Of a stretch of 64,000 nt of DNA, positions 47,548 to 62,030 are shown in pieces. The stretch lies in NCBI RefSeq assembly GCF_006345805.1, contig NW_021832844.1:130430-194429 (forward strand), written 5' to 3'. This stretch comes from Octopus sinensis. Taxonomy: Eukaryota. The position numbers and the translations under genes were made by a program. The notes under the pieces were generated by a model. It was not told where the DNA came from and did no database searches. It saw only the letters and a list, made by a program, of their open reading frames with translations. Within the stretch, counting starts at the first letter, position 1. The number at the start of each line of letters is the position of its first letter.

Positions 47548-50438
47548 ATGGAGGAATCACTGCCAATATTAAGTGCACCCCAAACAGTTCCAAAAATATT
47601 TCAAATAGCTAGAGTTCGCCAAAAAAGCCTCGGGACACTGGGAGGGGTCTATGGTCCAGTAACCCTCGGAATGCTGGGCAGTGTCATTTTCTTGAGAATC
47701 GGTGTGATTGACCTTCATCAATAAAATAGGATACATTGTGGGAAATAGCGGAATCGGGAATTCTTTACTGATTATTGGAATTTCATTTTCTATTGTTCTT
47801 TGTACAGTTCTTTCAATATGTGCAATCTCCACCAATGGAGACATTAGCGGAGGGGGAACTTATTGTAAAAAATTTGTCACTAATACTTAGACATGGTCAG
47901 TCGAACTCTGGGACCAGAACTCGGCGGAGTCGTTGGAGTGATGTTGTTCCTGGCCCAAGTAGTAGCTGCGAGTTTATATATTCTGTCCTCAGTAGAAGTC
48001 ATATTACAGAATTATTCTAAATATCTAATTCATGGTTGTTTTTAGAATTTTTTATATTCTAGGAAATGTATTTGGTCATTGGGACATTTACAAGTATGCA
48101 TCAGTCATTGCTGCTTTCTGTCTGCTTGTCTCTTTGGTCGGAGGAAAGATGTTTAGTCGATTTACTAACTTTATTGTTATGGTATGCTCTTGTAACTCAC
48201 TCAAGATTGTTATTTTGTGTATTTCCAGCGTAGTGGTATCATTTGCGTTCCAAAAATCTAAAGCCGTGGCAATTCCACGAAATAATATTATTGTATATCG
48301 TCTAAAAAACATAACAACTATATACGCAAATTACACTAGAATGTCTTTGAATACCTGTAAAGAAAATTTTTATTGTTGTATATTACGTAATAATCTCAGC
48401 AAGATATTCTCTTGATTACACATCTCTAAAAAGGACGAACTTTGGAGTCATATTTGCCATTTTCTTCACTGGGATGACCGGAATCACCAATGGGGTCAAT
48501 CTTTCTGGTATTAAGTTTTCTAACTGCAGGTGAGTTGTCTACCCCGTCTTACAGCATTCCTGTTGGCACACTTTTTTCCTTCTTATCTGTTTCAGTTTTA
48601 TATATTTTACTTGTGATACTGACTGGCTGCACGTGTGATAAGTCTATTCCAATATATCACTAATTGTAGTTTTTTACTCCAAAACAACTATGATTATATG
48701 AAAGATGTCAACTTACTGCCCTGGTCCATTGTTTTGGGACAATTTGCCACGTGTCTGTCCGCCTCTTTGGCCTCTCTATTTGGTGCCTCGCGAATATTAA
48801 AAGCAATAGCTGATGATGACATTTTTTGTATTTGTTTTCTATATCTTTAGGGAATGGACTTGTTTTTATAAAACGTTTAGTCTTGTTTGGAAATCCCGTG
48901 GGGAGTGTATGTTTCTCATACGTCCTCGTACAGTTATTCATGCTTGTTGGTTCTCTCAATGCTATGGCTCCTCTTTCGACGACGGTATTTCTAATTTGCT
49001 ACTCCTCACTTAACCTTTCTTGTTTTGTCCTCCTTGTTGCAAAGGCACCAAACTTTAGGTTTTTGGGTCATTTAATACTCAGACCAACTTTCAAATATTT
49101 TCATTGGTCCACGTGCCTCTCTGGGTTGATATCTTCGTTGCTAATGATGTTTGTGGTTAACCCCATATATGGGGGAGTATGCATAGTTGTGTTTGTCGTA
49201 CTTGTGATTTTGATGCATTTACGTACATATGATATTCAATGGGGAAATATCGGACAGGCCATAATATTTTTTATAGTAAATGTTTATATATATATTTTGG
49301 TTCGTAAATATCTACTGATGCTCGACAGTCAAAAAGATCACGTCAAATTCTGGCGTCCTCAAATAATTTTGTTTGTATCAGCATCGGGGAAATCAGATAG
49401 TGCAATTATATTCACAAATCTACTCAAAAAGAGCGGATTATTTATAATTGGACACGTCTTTGTCGGAGACTATGACAGCCTGATGTATTTTCCCTTGAAT
49501 GTATCCACCATTTCCACCTTTTAGGAACTGAATTCATGGAGTAGATACATAAGGCAACTCTCTGTAAAAGCATTCCCAAATCTAACTGTGGCTCGGTCTC
49601 TGTCTGAAGGTGTTTTGTAAATTTAATTTCTAAAGGGATATTCAACATGACTTTTTTGTCGGGACTCGGAGGAATGAAACCAAATATCGTGGCATTTGGC
49701 TTTTATACTCCTTACTCTCACAGATCACACGAGACAACTTCGCATTTTGAAAATGAATGTTACCCACAAACAAGTTCTTGGTACAGTCTGGAGGAATATT
49801 TTCAAATAATTGGGAAACTTATAAATTTGGGAGTTTTTCTCAATCTTATATATTTTAGAAAAGTATTTGCATTTTACGAAATTTTGAAGATTTCAAATTG
49901 CCCATAGAGAAACATTCATGTAAAATAAATGTATGGTTATTCGACTTTTTCGGGGAAGGGGTCCCTTCTTTGGATGATATTCGAGTAAATTTCTTACTGC
50001 AAATGGGCTGCATTCTCAATATGACCAGGCCTATCCGTCCACGTTCCGAGCTGACGATATTCATTCCATGTCTAGAAAAAACAGATCCTAAAAATGAAGA
50101 GGATGAGCTAAAGGCATTGTTTAATAGTCTTCGAATTAGAGGAACTATTTGGTTCTCTATTTTATAATTTATTTATCAGTTGGGTTTGTGGGGACACATA
50201 TTTTTCAGCACGCAATGCGCTCTATTTTCCGACGGATGCGTCCGACGTAATAAGAGTCGCACAACTAATTGAGGACCATCAGAAATCAGCCATAACCAAT
50301 CTAATTCAACTGCCAAATCTTCCCTCGGATGAGAAATGTTATCTTCAGTATTACAATGTATTGAACGAAATGACGAGAAATTGCAAAAATGTAGTTTTTT
50401 TACATGGAAGTTCATTCGTTACTACAACTCAATTTTAA
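47548..50438 (+). CDS. SLC12A9: SLC12A9-like transporter, copy 2 (exon 1 in frame)
   Basis: MEESLPILSAPQ..RQKSLGTLGGVYGPVTLGMLGSVIFLRI reads without a frameshift; the rest matches copy 1. Confidence 0.9.
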
Positions 50439-50494
50439 AATTATTTTGATAATAATTGTGTCATTATTTAACTAATAAATAACTGAAAAGAGTA

Positions 50495-51235
50495 ATTTTC
50501 GGGTTTGCTCAGTCGACCATTTGGCAACTCGATGCAATATAATTCCGATTATACAAGGCGACATAACGAAATTGTTAAATGAATACACATGCACCTATGC
50601 AGAAAATTTGGATTCAAAAAATCAAAAAGGTTAAAGACTCACTCTACCCAAAGCGTAATTACCAATGATCGTGCTGAATTACGAGTTGACACTACTATCC
50701 CTACCGAATCAAAAATTCAATATAACAAGCCGGACATTTTTCTATAGGACAAAAAATTAAACCACATATGACTAATAGAGATTGGAGTGACGTGTGTGGA
50801 TAATTTAAAGCAGTTAAAGTTGAAAAACTTCATAAATATGATATCTTGGCAAGTGAATTAGAAATCATTTACAAAGCCAAAGTCAAAATACCTCCGATTG
50901 TCATTACCTGGGATGTAATCACCTCCAAATATTTTAAAATATACATGGATTTGATTCGCATTAAAGACAGTGATCTGGCGTATATCCAAACGATTGCATT
51001 AAAGAAGACGTTGGAAGGAATGTTCGTAGAATATAAACATGGTTTCGAAGACATAATGACTAAAGCATTGATTCTCTACAAAGATTATGCAGTGTGGAAC
51101 ACTCACCAAAGGGGAGCTAACTCGATGAAGAGGAGACATGATGAGGTGACAGAAAACGAATACAAAATAATAGCAAGAGGATCACGAAAGGTTATGGCGC
51201 TGTTCAGGGAGGCCCAAGACCAGTAAATTGAAAAT
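50495..51235 (+). mobile_element. R4 remnant, copy 2
   Basis: ORF 50846..51226 is identical to 18741..19121. Confidence 0.78.
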
Positions 51236-52239
51236 TTTAATTAATCTAACTTTTAATTCACGCTTTATTTTTTAAGTCTGGTTTGATCAAATATCCAGGT
51301 TTGCTAATTATTAAAAAAACAGACAAATATCAAAATGCATGATTCCCTTCAGGAGTCCGTCTGGTCGTTCCCAATGCCTTTGAGACCAGCGGTTTCATTA
51401 ATAAGTCTGCACGTGACCTTCTAACAGAGATAAAGGCACAAATCTCCTCCAAAACGTTTGACCACTAAAAGATGAGTTGACTATTCCAAATGATCTTGTT
51501 TGCCATCCTCCAAGGAAATTGTTTGTCAATCCTTTCGCCGGCGTGTCTGAATTAGTTCTAATTGTTTGTTTTTCAATTCACTTGTTCGCTTAAAAAAAAT
51601 ATTGAGAAAATTATTAAAGTGGCAAAATTTTTATAGGATAAAATGAATTGATTTTGATATTATACACGAAACGCGACAATAAAACGTCAAGTTTTTATCC
51701 CCCTTGTGCCGCGCCCTGGACGATTTTCTTTGTTGTTTCACGCTCTTTTTGAAACTGAAATTTTTCAAAAATCTAGTCGTATTTTAGCATCAGTATTTTC
51801 TAGTCGTATTTCAACATTTCCAGACCGTTTTGCATAAATAACGGCAGAGTTGTGCATGATCTGTTCAAAAACAACCAGTGCTTAAAAAGTACAACTCCAT
51901 TAACTGGTTTGTAGGAGCGGCAAGATCCATTCTCAGGATATGTCTATCTAGTCCCGATCGAGCATTTCTTATAGTGATTTCCAAGCATTCAAACTTACAT
52001 TTAGCGTTTAGGCTCTTGCTGCTGCTTATTTTTAGATAACGTATCTCCAGTATGCATTTTAGTTGTGGTCTGTGAAAGGCGTCTATTTTTGAAGTAGTTT
52101 TCTAATATTATAAAAATTAATCTTAAAACAAATTTTTAATTTAAATAGTTATTATAAATTTTAAATGAAATTAAAGCTGTAATATAATTTGTTTAGCCAA
52201 AACTATATAGAATATTAAACTCAAAAGTTAGTTGGTGAT

Positions 52240-55076
52240 ATGGAGAACATAAACACAGTGGTTGTTAACACTGGATCAATAAATGATCTGGCAACTAGTC
52301 CCATCTCTGATACTACAATAGTAGAATCCCATTCCTCACAAAATGTTCAAAATCTCACGGAAGAGTACATAAAAGAAAACAAAGAACTCGACCGAGCTGT
52401 TATTTATATCAAAAAAGTAAAGGTACATTATATCAGCTTCAACTCACTGCAGGATCACTTAAAGAACGATCCGGAAATCTATTCCGAGTTCCTAAAGGCC
52501 ATGTCTAAATACCAAAACGATATCACTGCAAGTACCCCAGAAACTAAAGGATGGCTGTTCAAACCAGAAGACGATTTTTTGAATACTGTGAATGACCTTC
52601 TCAAGGGAAATGATTCCCTCATTGACGAATTTTTTGAGTTTTTACCCACAAATCGGCGGTCTCTGTTTGCAAACGAATTCGTGCGATGTCATGATTTGGG
52701 AGAATCAATGAGAAATATTTTATTGCCTTTTACTCTTCATTCCAAGGCAATGGCGCACGAGGAAAGGGACAAGACATTGCAGAGACTGTGGCAAGACAAT
52801 TCTCCTATCAAAACCAAAAAGCCTTTAAAGACTCAAAAAATCATCCAAATTGACAAATCTCCTCAGTTTTCAATACCCAGAATAGAATGTACGTCAGAGT
52901 CGTGTTTTTTCAACATTGTTCGACACGTTCTTAATAATGATGCTGTCTTTGAAAATTTCCTACGAACCATTGTACTATACATGGACGGACTGAGTGATTA
53001 TAATGGAGTGATTTCACAAATTACGAAATTTCTCGGACCATACCCGTCTCTTTTGAGCACATTCAAGTCTTTGTGTTGGGACTGGGAGGGCAGTAACGGC
53101 GAAAGGACTAGAAAGGATGTCATTTGTGATTCCTCCAAACTTGAAGATTTTCCTCCTGATGGGGACTGTCCAAGTTACAAGCGGAAGTACAATGGAGATG
53201 TCCAGAATAGTGGGGTATTTTCTGAAGTGAGAGTTATCGTGATTATCCAAAGGTTCTCAATTCTACATTCGTATGTGTATCGGCTGGTGACGAAGACGGT
53301 CGGCGGAATACTAATTCCAAAAAGAACTACTACGAGGAACAGCTGGCTAAGTATGTCTTTTAGTTTAGTTTATTCTACTTTGAATATTAAGCATCTTTTT
53401 AGAGTCGAAGAAGAGCGATTTGAGCTTGACTATCAAATAACAAATTTGTTTGAAGGAATTCATTGTCTTCGGGTGATAATGGAAAAAATTTTGGCAACGG
53501 AAGACCCTGAAAAAGTCTCGCTTCCACCATCACTCGAATTAGAGTCCCCAATGTTAATATACGCTCTCCTTTACAGGTTATTTATTAGTTCTATAATTAC
53601 AGAACATATCGAGACGCCTCTTTAGCAGTCATGGAAAGTATGGCCAAAATGCCATATAAAGTCATTCCCGTCGTTATTGCACGGTATTGGTCTTTTTATT
53701 GACTTGTAGTTTAACTGCCACTCAGGCTGATTTGATTAAGAAGAAGGAGGACATGACAGACGACTGGAGGAATACACAGAAAAAGGCCCATCTGAGAGCG
53801 TTGGATTCTCAGAGTGCACAATTCAAGCAAAACGATGTAAAGAATTTTTCAACTGACTATTTGATGGGTGAAATGAAGTCTCGACTGGTTTTTATTTGAG
53901 GACCATTTTGTAGAAAGACAAGCACCCTGGGAGTCACTCTCATTTCAAAATGGACTACAGCGATCAGGATGTCATGTCAGACTCAGCAGATTTGATAATT
54001 TATTATATTAAACATAAAAATGAGCCAGACTGTTCAGACGACTATGTTGATAATGCAATGTACATACTCTACAAATTTATTCCCAATTTGTTTTGTATTG
54101 GTCGAGATAAAAGTTAGTCTTGTCTATATTTTTTAGCTCAAAATGGCCAAGTTCAAAAAAGTGATTTATTTCATTGTGGGAAACATTGGTATTATTTCTT
54201 TCGTATATACGAACTGTTGTGCAGTCGTCTTTCACAACTACAAAGGGCAGCATGCTTAATTCCTTCATACGACACAGGTAATGAGAGCTTGAATTACTCT
54301 CAGAGTGTACTAAACCGGAAATTTGTTATATTCGATGCATAGGCTTGATCCAGCAATTCATAACGAAAGTGATTGACTCAAACAAGTTTGAGGACGGAAT
54401 TAGGGGGATTCTGGGAGTCAAGTCATTTCACATATTCACAGTTGACAAACTGATTGCTGCAATTGCCAAACATGTATTTATGTTCTGTTGATAATAGCTT
54501 AAACGAATGATTGCCGGAGAGTCAACTGGCACCTCGTTCGTGAAAATATATTTTGACAGGTCCTACGATACTGAACTCGCGCCAGAACTATCTGCTGTTC
54601 CACTTTTGTTTAAATGTTCATTTGTAAGTTGTTGGCTTTTTTAGTTTTTAGACGAGAAATCCTCTTGTTCTTGAGATTTCATATCTTCGTCGTCTCAAAA
54701 TATCTCCGATAACAAAGAACAGTTTCTTCAATCAATTGAAGCCTAATTTAACTCCATATCTTGGAAGGTTTTTGTTCATCTTGTTAAGTTTAGGAACTTG
54801 CGCAAGTCACTGAATGTAATTAAAAGTCGGTTTGGATACAGTTCTGAGAAATATGTTCAGAACGGTGATTTTATATAAATTATACATAGAGATATTATTT
54901 GACGGGAAGTGTCAGGGTGATGATCACATGTGTTTTAGAATGAAGAATCGTAATTTGATCAAGAAAAATGTAAGTTATCTTAATTTTTTTAGTTTCTTCA
55001 GTCGAGACAGGGAATTAGTGCAGGAAAGTCAGAAATATTTGATTGGCTTCATATTGTTTACTGTATGAATAAATAA
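52240..55076 (+). CDS. SIN3: Sin3 co-repressor, copy 2
   Basis: ORF 52240..53625 is identical to 20135..21520, and downstream exons are at the same offset. Confidence 0.88.
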
Positions 55077-55178
55077 GTTTAAAAAACTGCGTTCATTTGT
55101 TTTGAGAGGATAGTGAATTAGCTATCTGGTATCTAGCCAAAACGTGGTAATCATGTGCGTGTTGATTTTTGAATTATA

Positions 55179-56359
55179 CAGTAAACATCGGTTAATTGCA
55201 TAACATTTGTCCACGGAAAATCTTATGCAATTAACCGATATATGCAATTAACCGATGTTTTAATAAAAATCAATAATTTTTTTAATAGTCAAGAAAAGAA
55301 AATAATCAAAAACGTTTAAAAAAATCATTAATTTTGGACTGTCTAGTCTTCTGGCAAAGGCGTAGGACACTTTTTTCTAGTTCATAGAAGTTTTCCATAT
55401 CCATTTCACTTGTTAAATCGCTGTTAGTAAGAAACTGGCGTATTAATCTGCATGCACCCATAGCCTCCGAACTGGTTGTTTTCACGGGTATGGGATCTTC
55501 ATCGTCCTCATCATCTTCACAAGAAATATCTCTTGACATTAAACATATTTCTTCATCGTACATGATTCCGATACATTCTTCATCCTCATTAGCAACATCC
55601 ATCGTTATTTCGTTACATTCAATGTCACTAAACATATTTTCCCCCACTTCCTCATGGAATCCAGCCTTACGGAAACAGTTGTAAATTGTTGCTATTTTGA
55701 CTTCCCTCCAAACCATTTTGAGCATGTGTAGCGCATCCAAAAGAGTGATAGAATTCACAACGGATTTGAGACAGGCATCGTCTGAATCAATTACGGCAAT
55801 CACTCTTTGTAAAAATGCCAATCTGTAGTTGTGCTTTAGACTTTTTATGATCCCCATATCACATGGCTGAATGCATGCGGATGTGTTTGGTGGAATAAAA
55901 TACAATTTAACATTTCTTCCCATCGCGTCGTCTTTTTCGACTCAAATTGATGCAATTAGATTCAGCCAATAGCATAATTTCTTCTCTATTCTTCAAAATC
56001 CGTGAGACTTGAGACTGAGAACAGTTAAATCTTGCAGATAGAGCTGATTGAGTTTGACCTCCTTGAATAAACAAATTGATTATTTCCAATTTTTGAGAAA
56101 ATGTAAGATCACGACGTAACGAAGATGACATGTGTAATAATAATTAAATTTTAAAATTACAAATTATAATTATGCAATTATGCGAAAATTTTTATAAGAA
56201 AAAATAGTAAATGTTCCCAATGAGAGTATGCAATTAACCGATATGCAATTAGCCGATATTTTTTCAATGGAAACCATATAAGTTATGGTTTTAAACATGA
56301 ATTTATGCCATTAACCGATTTATGCAATTAACCGATATGCAATTAACCGATGTTTACTG
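55179..56359 (-). mobile_element. pogo/Tigger deletion derivative, copy 2
   Basis: Same TIRs, TA TSD and ORFs as 23074-24254. Confidence 0.9.
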
Positions 56360-56374
56360 TACTTTCCTCTCCCC

Positions 56375-57000
56375 ATGATTCTGAATTTGAACGGCACTTG
56401 TGATGATTCTTTTGTATTAACTTGGTCTTTATAAGAGAAAATAACTGCGGAATGAAATGATAAATTTATCTCCTGCCTGAAGTAAAATAGGCCTAAAGAA
56501 TCTTATATTAGCATACGAGAAAGACTTAACAAATTAAATATACCGTTCTACCTGACCTTGTATCCAAGGGACACGTGGTCTTCCACAAATGTGCTTAGGG
56601 CCAAACTTTGCACACATTTCCTCCATCATATTGTTTTTAAACTCCTTTCCATTATCTTTTTGCAACATTAATGGAGCTCAAATGATCATAAAAATGTTTA
56701 CAATACTAGGTACTATTTCTGTGGCGCATTTGGTTCTAACAGGTTCTACAACCCCATATTTTGAAAAAGAGTCAATCAAAACGAGAATCTGGATAAATCG
56801 TAATAAATACCCATTTAAAGCTGCTATTTATTTCTGAATATCTTCTTAAATCGATCAAATCAGCAATGTATCTATCTCTTGGGCCTTTTGCAATAATAGG
56901 AGTGATAACCGACCTAGTAGCTAGCAATTTTTTAAACTGAAATCGAATAAGTTAACTAAATACCTGACAATAAGCACATTTTTTTAATTATTTTGCTAGT
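56375..57000 (-). pseudogene. Ginger-like intron-split integrase fragment, copy 2
   Basis: Matches 24270-24895 at offset 32105. Confidence 0.8.
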
Positions 57001-57021
57001 CTATTACCGAGTTGCATCATA

Positions 57022-57550
57022 CACCCCTCGACATTAAAATCCGGACAAATAATAAATCGTCATTTTTATTATCAATTTTATTAAATTAAAAACTTAAGCA
57101 TGCTAATATCATCTATATTTTTTAATTTTAAAATATTTATCCATAAATCTTTTGAAAATATTGAGAATAAAGCAAGAACCGATTTTTTAAGACAACAAAT
57201 TCCGGACAAATGTCAAAAAATAAAATATTAGTAAGGAATATGCTTTCCTCTCGATTTATATAACTCTAAACTACGAGTTTTCATCGAAGTTATTAATTTT
57301 TGAATAAAATCAATTGGAATTTTATTCCTAATTTCTAATATTTTATCCTTTTGTTGATGTTTCTTTTTTGGTCGATTTTCTGTATCATCCCTCGATAATT
57401 CGTATTTAATTTTTGACCAAATATGTTCAATGAGATTCATATCGGGGGATTGTGCCGGCCAATCGAGTAAATTAATTTTGTTTGCAGAAAAATACTCCTT
57501 TGTTGTTTGCGAAGTATGACATGGGGCATTGTCTTGCTAAAATATAAAGC
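57022..57550 (-). mobile_element. Tc1 remnant, copy 2
   Basis: ORF 57228..57440 is identical to 25123..25335. Confidence 0.73.
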
Positions 57551-58685
57551 TGTTTTATCCCATTTTAATGGCTGATTTTTCCAGACATAAGTTACGCCGA
57601 CGTGACTCACATCTGGACTGTGACTTAACAATTAAGATTGGGTTATTGTCAGTGGTTAGGTCATTAAAGGAGAATTTATTTGAGATTTTCCGTTGGTTAA
57701 TAATCAGACTTAAAATAAAATCACAAGGCTCATTATGAATGACATAACCCTCAATTTTATTTAACCCCATTCGCCCCTGAAATTGGGAGGAATGCGGCAC
57801 GAAAAAACCGAAAGACCTCTTAGGGTCACACCATAAGTTAAAGAGTGAGTTAATTTTATAAGATTTTCTTATAGCGGTGAGATACTTGCAATCCAAAACG
57901 ACGTGCGTTACTGTGTGTCGTCCGTCATGACAGATTGGACAGGACAGTTTCTATCATTCTTGAAAAACTTTATTCTCTGTTTGATCAGAGTGCCGATTGT
58001 CTCAGTCGAGTTAGCCTCCAAGTCATTAAGCGGAGTATCCACTCGAAGAGTAACTTCATTTCATATCTTCTTGTTTTGTCGAAAAGATCAACAATCTCGT
58101 CTGAGCCAAAATTAACACACTTCTTTTTGGACTGCTAGAGATGACCTCAAATGTTCTTAAAGTACGGCGTCTTACACACAGAAAGCGATATTTTTCAAAA
58201 TAAGTCATGCAGTTCTAACTTCTGCGAGTCGAAAAGTATGCCCGTTAAGACCAAACGGGCTATATGAATCCATGGCAGAGGAAAAATATGTCAGGTCCTC
58301 ATTCGATTTGAACTCTAATCAGTATCCACTGGAGGATAGTCGATACACACGTTCGTAATTTTGGTTGCTCATAAGGATAAATTATTTATGGTAATAACAA
58401 GAGCCAGTGGCATAGATTTTGTTAACATCAAATACACCACAATAGTATTTACAAATTAAACTCATTTAAGAAAATTTGAAAACCAAGATTTTAATCAATT
58501 TTTTTTAAATAACAATATCTAAAAGTAAAAAGATAGCTAAGCTAATTAAAGGCCTCACGAGACACCCGGCCAGCCTCGCGAATGGCGAAGCCGTTCCCTC
58601 GGATCACAGCAATCGACAGAACCTCTACAGGGCAAATGATAAGCCGACTTTGCCTATAATTTCAGCAGTGACCACAATCCTATTA

Positions 58686-60095
58686 CAGTCTAACCTCTTT
58701 TTGGAGCACCTAGTGCCCCAAAAACAGGGGTTTCCCCAGATAAAGGGGTTTTCTAATATTAACGAAAAAAACTAACGTTTTGTTAATTTAAAACCAAAAG
58801 ATGTTTATTCTTGATTTCATTTAACAATTTTAGTCTTTACTTGTCGGGAAATGATTCGTTATTTTCGGTCCGAATTTGTACTTTTGAATTAATCGATCCA
58901 TTGTCAACTTCTTAAAATTATAAAATTCATTTAATATGTCGCGAGCGCAGCGCGCGACCGACCGCTAGACGCGACTTTGACACCTAACAAGCCTATCATC
59001 AACAAATATATTTATTAAATTATTTAAAATTTTAACATGATTTAAAATTAAAATTGAAATAACTTAAGTTTTCCATTGAATCCCATAAAATAATTTATAA
59101 GTAGACCTTAATAGAAAAAGTAAAATCAATGAATACTGAACGCTAATTTGGTTTAGGTTGTGAGGGGGGTAATAATTTGACAGATCTCATTGCTATTTTT
59201 TCGTTTTAATCTCTAAAATTAGGTCTTCTAATCAAAAATGAACTGTGCAGACAGGCTTGCTTCTTCAGAAGATTCTTGTTTTGACATTTTTATAAATTAT
59301 GAAGCATTTAGATTTTTTCTCATTATTCTAAAATATCAATTATAAATTTTAAAATATTATTTTTATTTATGAAATCGGTTTTAAAGCTCATTCTGCTTTG
59401 GTATCGATTTTAATTTTTGTTATCGAATATATTTAATCCCAAATACAAGCCTGGGTATTTGTCAATTTATAGATTTTTTGATTGATCGGATCTAGAAATT
59501 GAGTGGTCGCTCGCTGCGCTCGGTCGCTCGCGACATAATATCTCTGGAGCATGCTGCAAAATGCCATCTTCCATTGCATTAATTGAAAAAATTAGTTCCT
59601 TGATAGATTGACATTTCATAACTCCGTCATATAATGCGTTGTCATTTTCTATACCAGAGATTTTTACTGATATAATTTCGACCTTGTCGAGAAATGAATG
59701 TTTATCACTATTATCGGGTTCTCTGAAGCCCTCAGAACCTTCACATCCATCAAAATTACATATTTCTCGTTTGATTCTAGAAATAGTCCCTTTGCTTGTG
59801 TTGAATTTGTTTAAAACTTGTCTTTCAGACATATTTTTCGTTTTTAAAGCCTTTGCAATCTCTAATTTGTCTTTGACAGAAATTCTCTTCGGCATAACAA
59901 CAGAAACACGTTATTATTAGTTATTATAAAATAAAATTCAAAAATTATAACTAAAAAATACATAAAACATTAAATGCCCCATAACGGGGTTTATCTTATA
60001 AAGAATAAACAGAAAAACTCCTAATAGAAATTCAAATTGCCCCAAAACCCGAGGGTGCCCCACGTCCGGGGTCGCCCCAATAAGGGGGTTCACTG
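58686..60095 (-). mobile_element. pogo-like deletion derivative, copy 2, disrupted by a 599-bp insertion
   Basis: Same ends as 26581-27386; the ORF is truncated after APEI by the insert. Confidence 0.75.
58937..59535. mobile_element. 599-bp non-autonomous TGT...ACA element (Ginger-like MITE), present only in copy 2
   Basis: Ends TGTCGCGAGCG...CGCTCGCGACA (11 bp perfect, about 30 bp imperfect); TSD TAATA at 58932-58936 and 59536-59540; empty site ttcatttaatatctctgg at about 26821-26838. Confidence 0.93.
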
Positions 60096-60868
60096 TATCT
60101 TAGACTTAAGAAGAACTGTCGCCCGAAGAAATGCTTAATCAACTACAAACACACGGACTTGACTCTTTACAAAAATCTAACTGATCAATACCTGCAGAAT
60201 CTTTTTTCTGGACAATTACACTTATCTGGACAAAATAATTCCCCACGTCAACAGTTCTATCTTGGTGGCTCATTCTATGTCTGCTTCAAAACATCAAAAA
60301 AAATTCTCGAGAAAGGTTGGCAAGGCACGCCTAAAAAAAGAAAGGATTCAACTCAAAAAGTTTACCAAACCAACTTTAAAGGTCATGCTTAAATTGAAGG
60401 TTTTAAACGAGGAAATAAGAAACAAGGAGCTTTATGCACAGAGAAAGAAATAGTCCCGAGTGCTTTCCTCCATGAACAGAAAAAGTTCGACAGCATTAAT
60501 TTATAAGGCCATCCGGGAAACGACTTGCGCTAAGGATAAAAGATCGGAAGATGACCACAAGAAAAAAATCTCAACAATTTTATGAATTTTTACGTAAAAA
60601 TTTCACACAAAGACCACAAAAATTCGGTCCCCCAATCAATTTTCGAAAAAAAATTTTATCCCGAAGATCCCATCAAAAATCTCATCCAATCTTAAACTAT
60701 GGATATCAAACTTTCTCGGTGGTTGGAGAGGCCGTGTTTGCATTGGTTAATCGAGTTCAAGATCACGCCTCCTCCCAAACGGGGTTCCGCAAGATTCCCC
60801 GCTCTCATCCATCCTGTTTAATCTTTTTACTGGTGAAATGCCTCTGCCAGTTAACGAAAATGATATTT

Positions 60869-62030
60869 TGTCACCGTCCAGATAGGTCGGGGCGCCAGAT
60901 CGGTTATGTATAAAATTTTTAATAAAAACTACCTTTCGAAAGTTATTTTCTTTTTCTGTTCATTCTTTTGTTGATTTTAGTATTATTTTTGCCAAAATAT
61001 TGAAGTTACTGAGTTCATAAAAAACCAACATCCAGCCATTTCCAGATAATTACCGTATTGATTTTGCATTTTATTTAAAAACGCTTTAACCAAGGTTAGC
61101 CAAACAATTCTCAACAATAAAGTTTATTAGAAAAATCCATTTTTAATTTTTAAAAATGTTGTAAATTTCTATTTTTATTATTAAAACTCTAAAATACAAT
61201 CCGGCCTACGGCCGGATGATTCAATGTGAATATTTTTCCCTATGCGGCCTTCGGCCGCGTCGAATTTGTAACAATGGCACAATTATTTCACAATTAAGTA
61301 AATATGACACGAGAAAAAACACAGAACGAACCCCATGAATATTTGCAGTTAAAGTTTTTTTACTCTGCTAATATGATTCCTTTGATCTTTTTCATCCTTT
61401 TCATTAATTATCGTTACGAGTTCTCGATCCCTATTTTTCACAATATATTTTTGTGCAGATATCTCGTCGTATAATGGGTATTTTCTATAACCCGGGTTTG
61501 CATCCCCATCATGGCGTATTAAAATTTCATCGCCACTTTCAACTTCGTCATTGCTATTTTCTCCACGCATGTTTTATAGCATCCAAAATTTCCATTTGAT
61601 GCACTCGTGGAGCCTAATTTAAATAAACAAATACACTACTTCAATAAATTTTAACTTAAGTTCAGTGTCTTCAATACAAAAAAAACGCAACTTTGGGCCA
61701 TTTTTAGAAATGTAGGTGTTGTTCTCCTTGAAACTAAATTTTTTGGCATATCTCCGTATTCGTGCCCTTTCTTCCGAACTCAAGGAATCATCAAGGTGGC
61801 CTGATTCCAAATACTCCCTAATTTTTTCGAGGGTGTCTCGAGTTAATTCAACTAAAACCATTGATTAATGCTAATCTTTTCAACTTTTTAGAACTTTTTT
61901 ATTAATAAGATTTTATTTTTTTATTATCAATATTTTTTTGCAATGAAATGTTTTGTAGGAAAAATATTTGTTTTGTATTTAGATAATTGACCTGACCGAT
62001 CTGGCGCCCCGGCCGGTCTGGACGGTGACA
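60869..62030 (-). mobile_element. Ginger-like deletion derivative, copy 2, inside the Jockey-like LINE copy (about 60110-62510)
   Basis: Same TIRs and TATTT TSD as 28160-29321. Confidence 0.85.
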
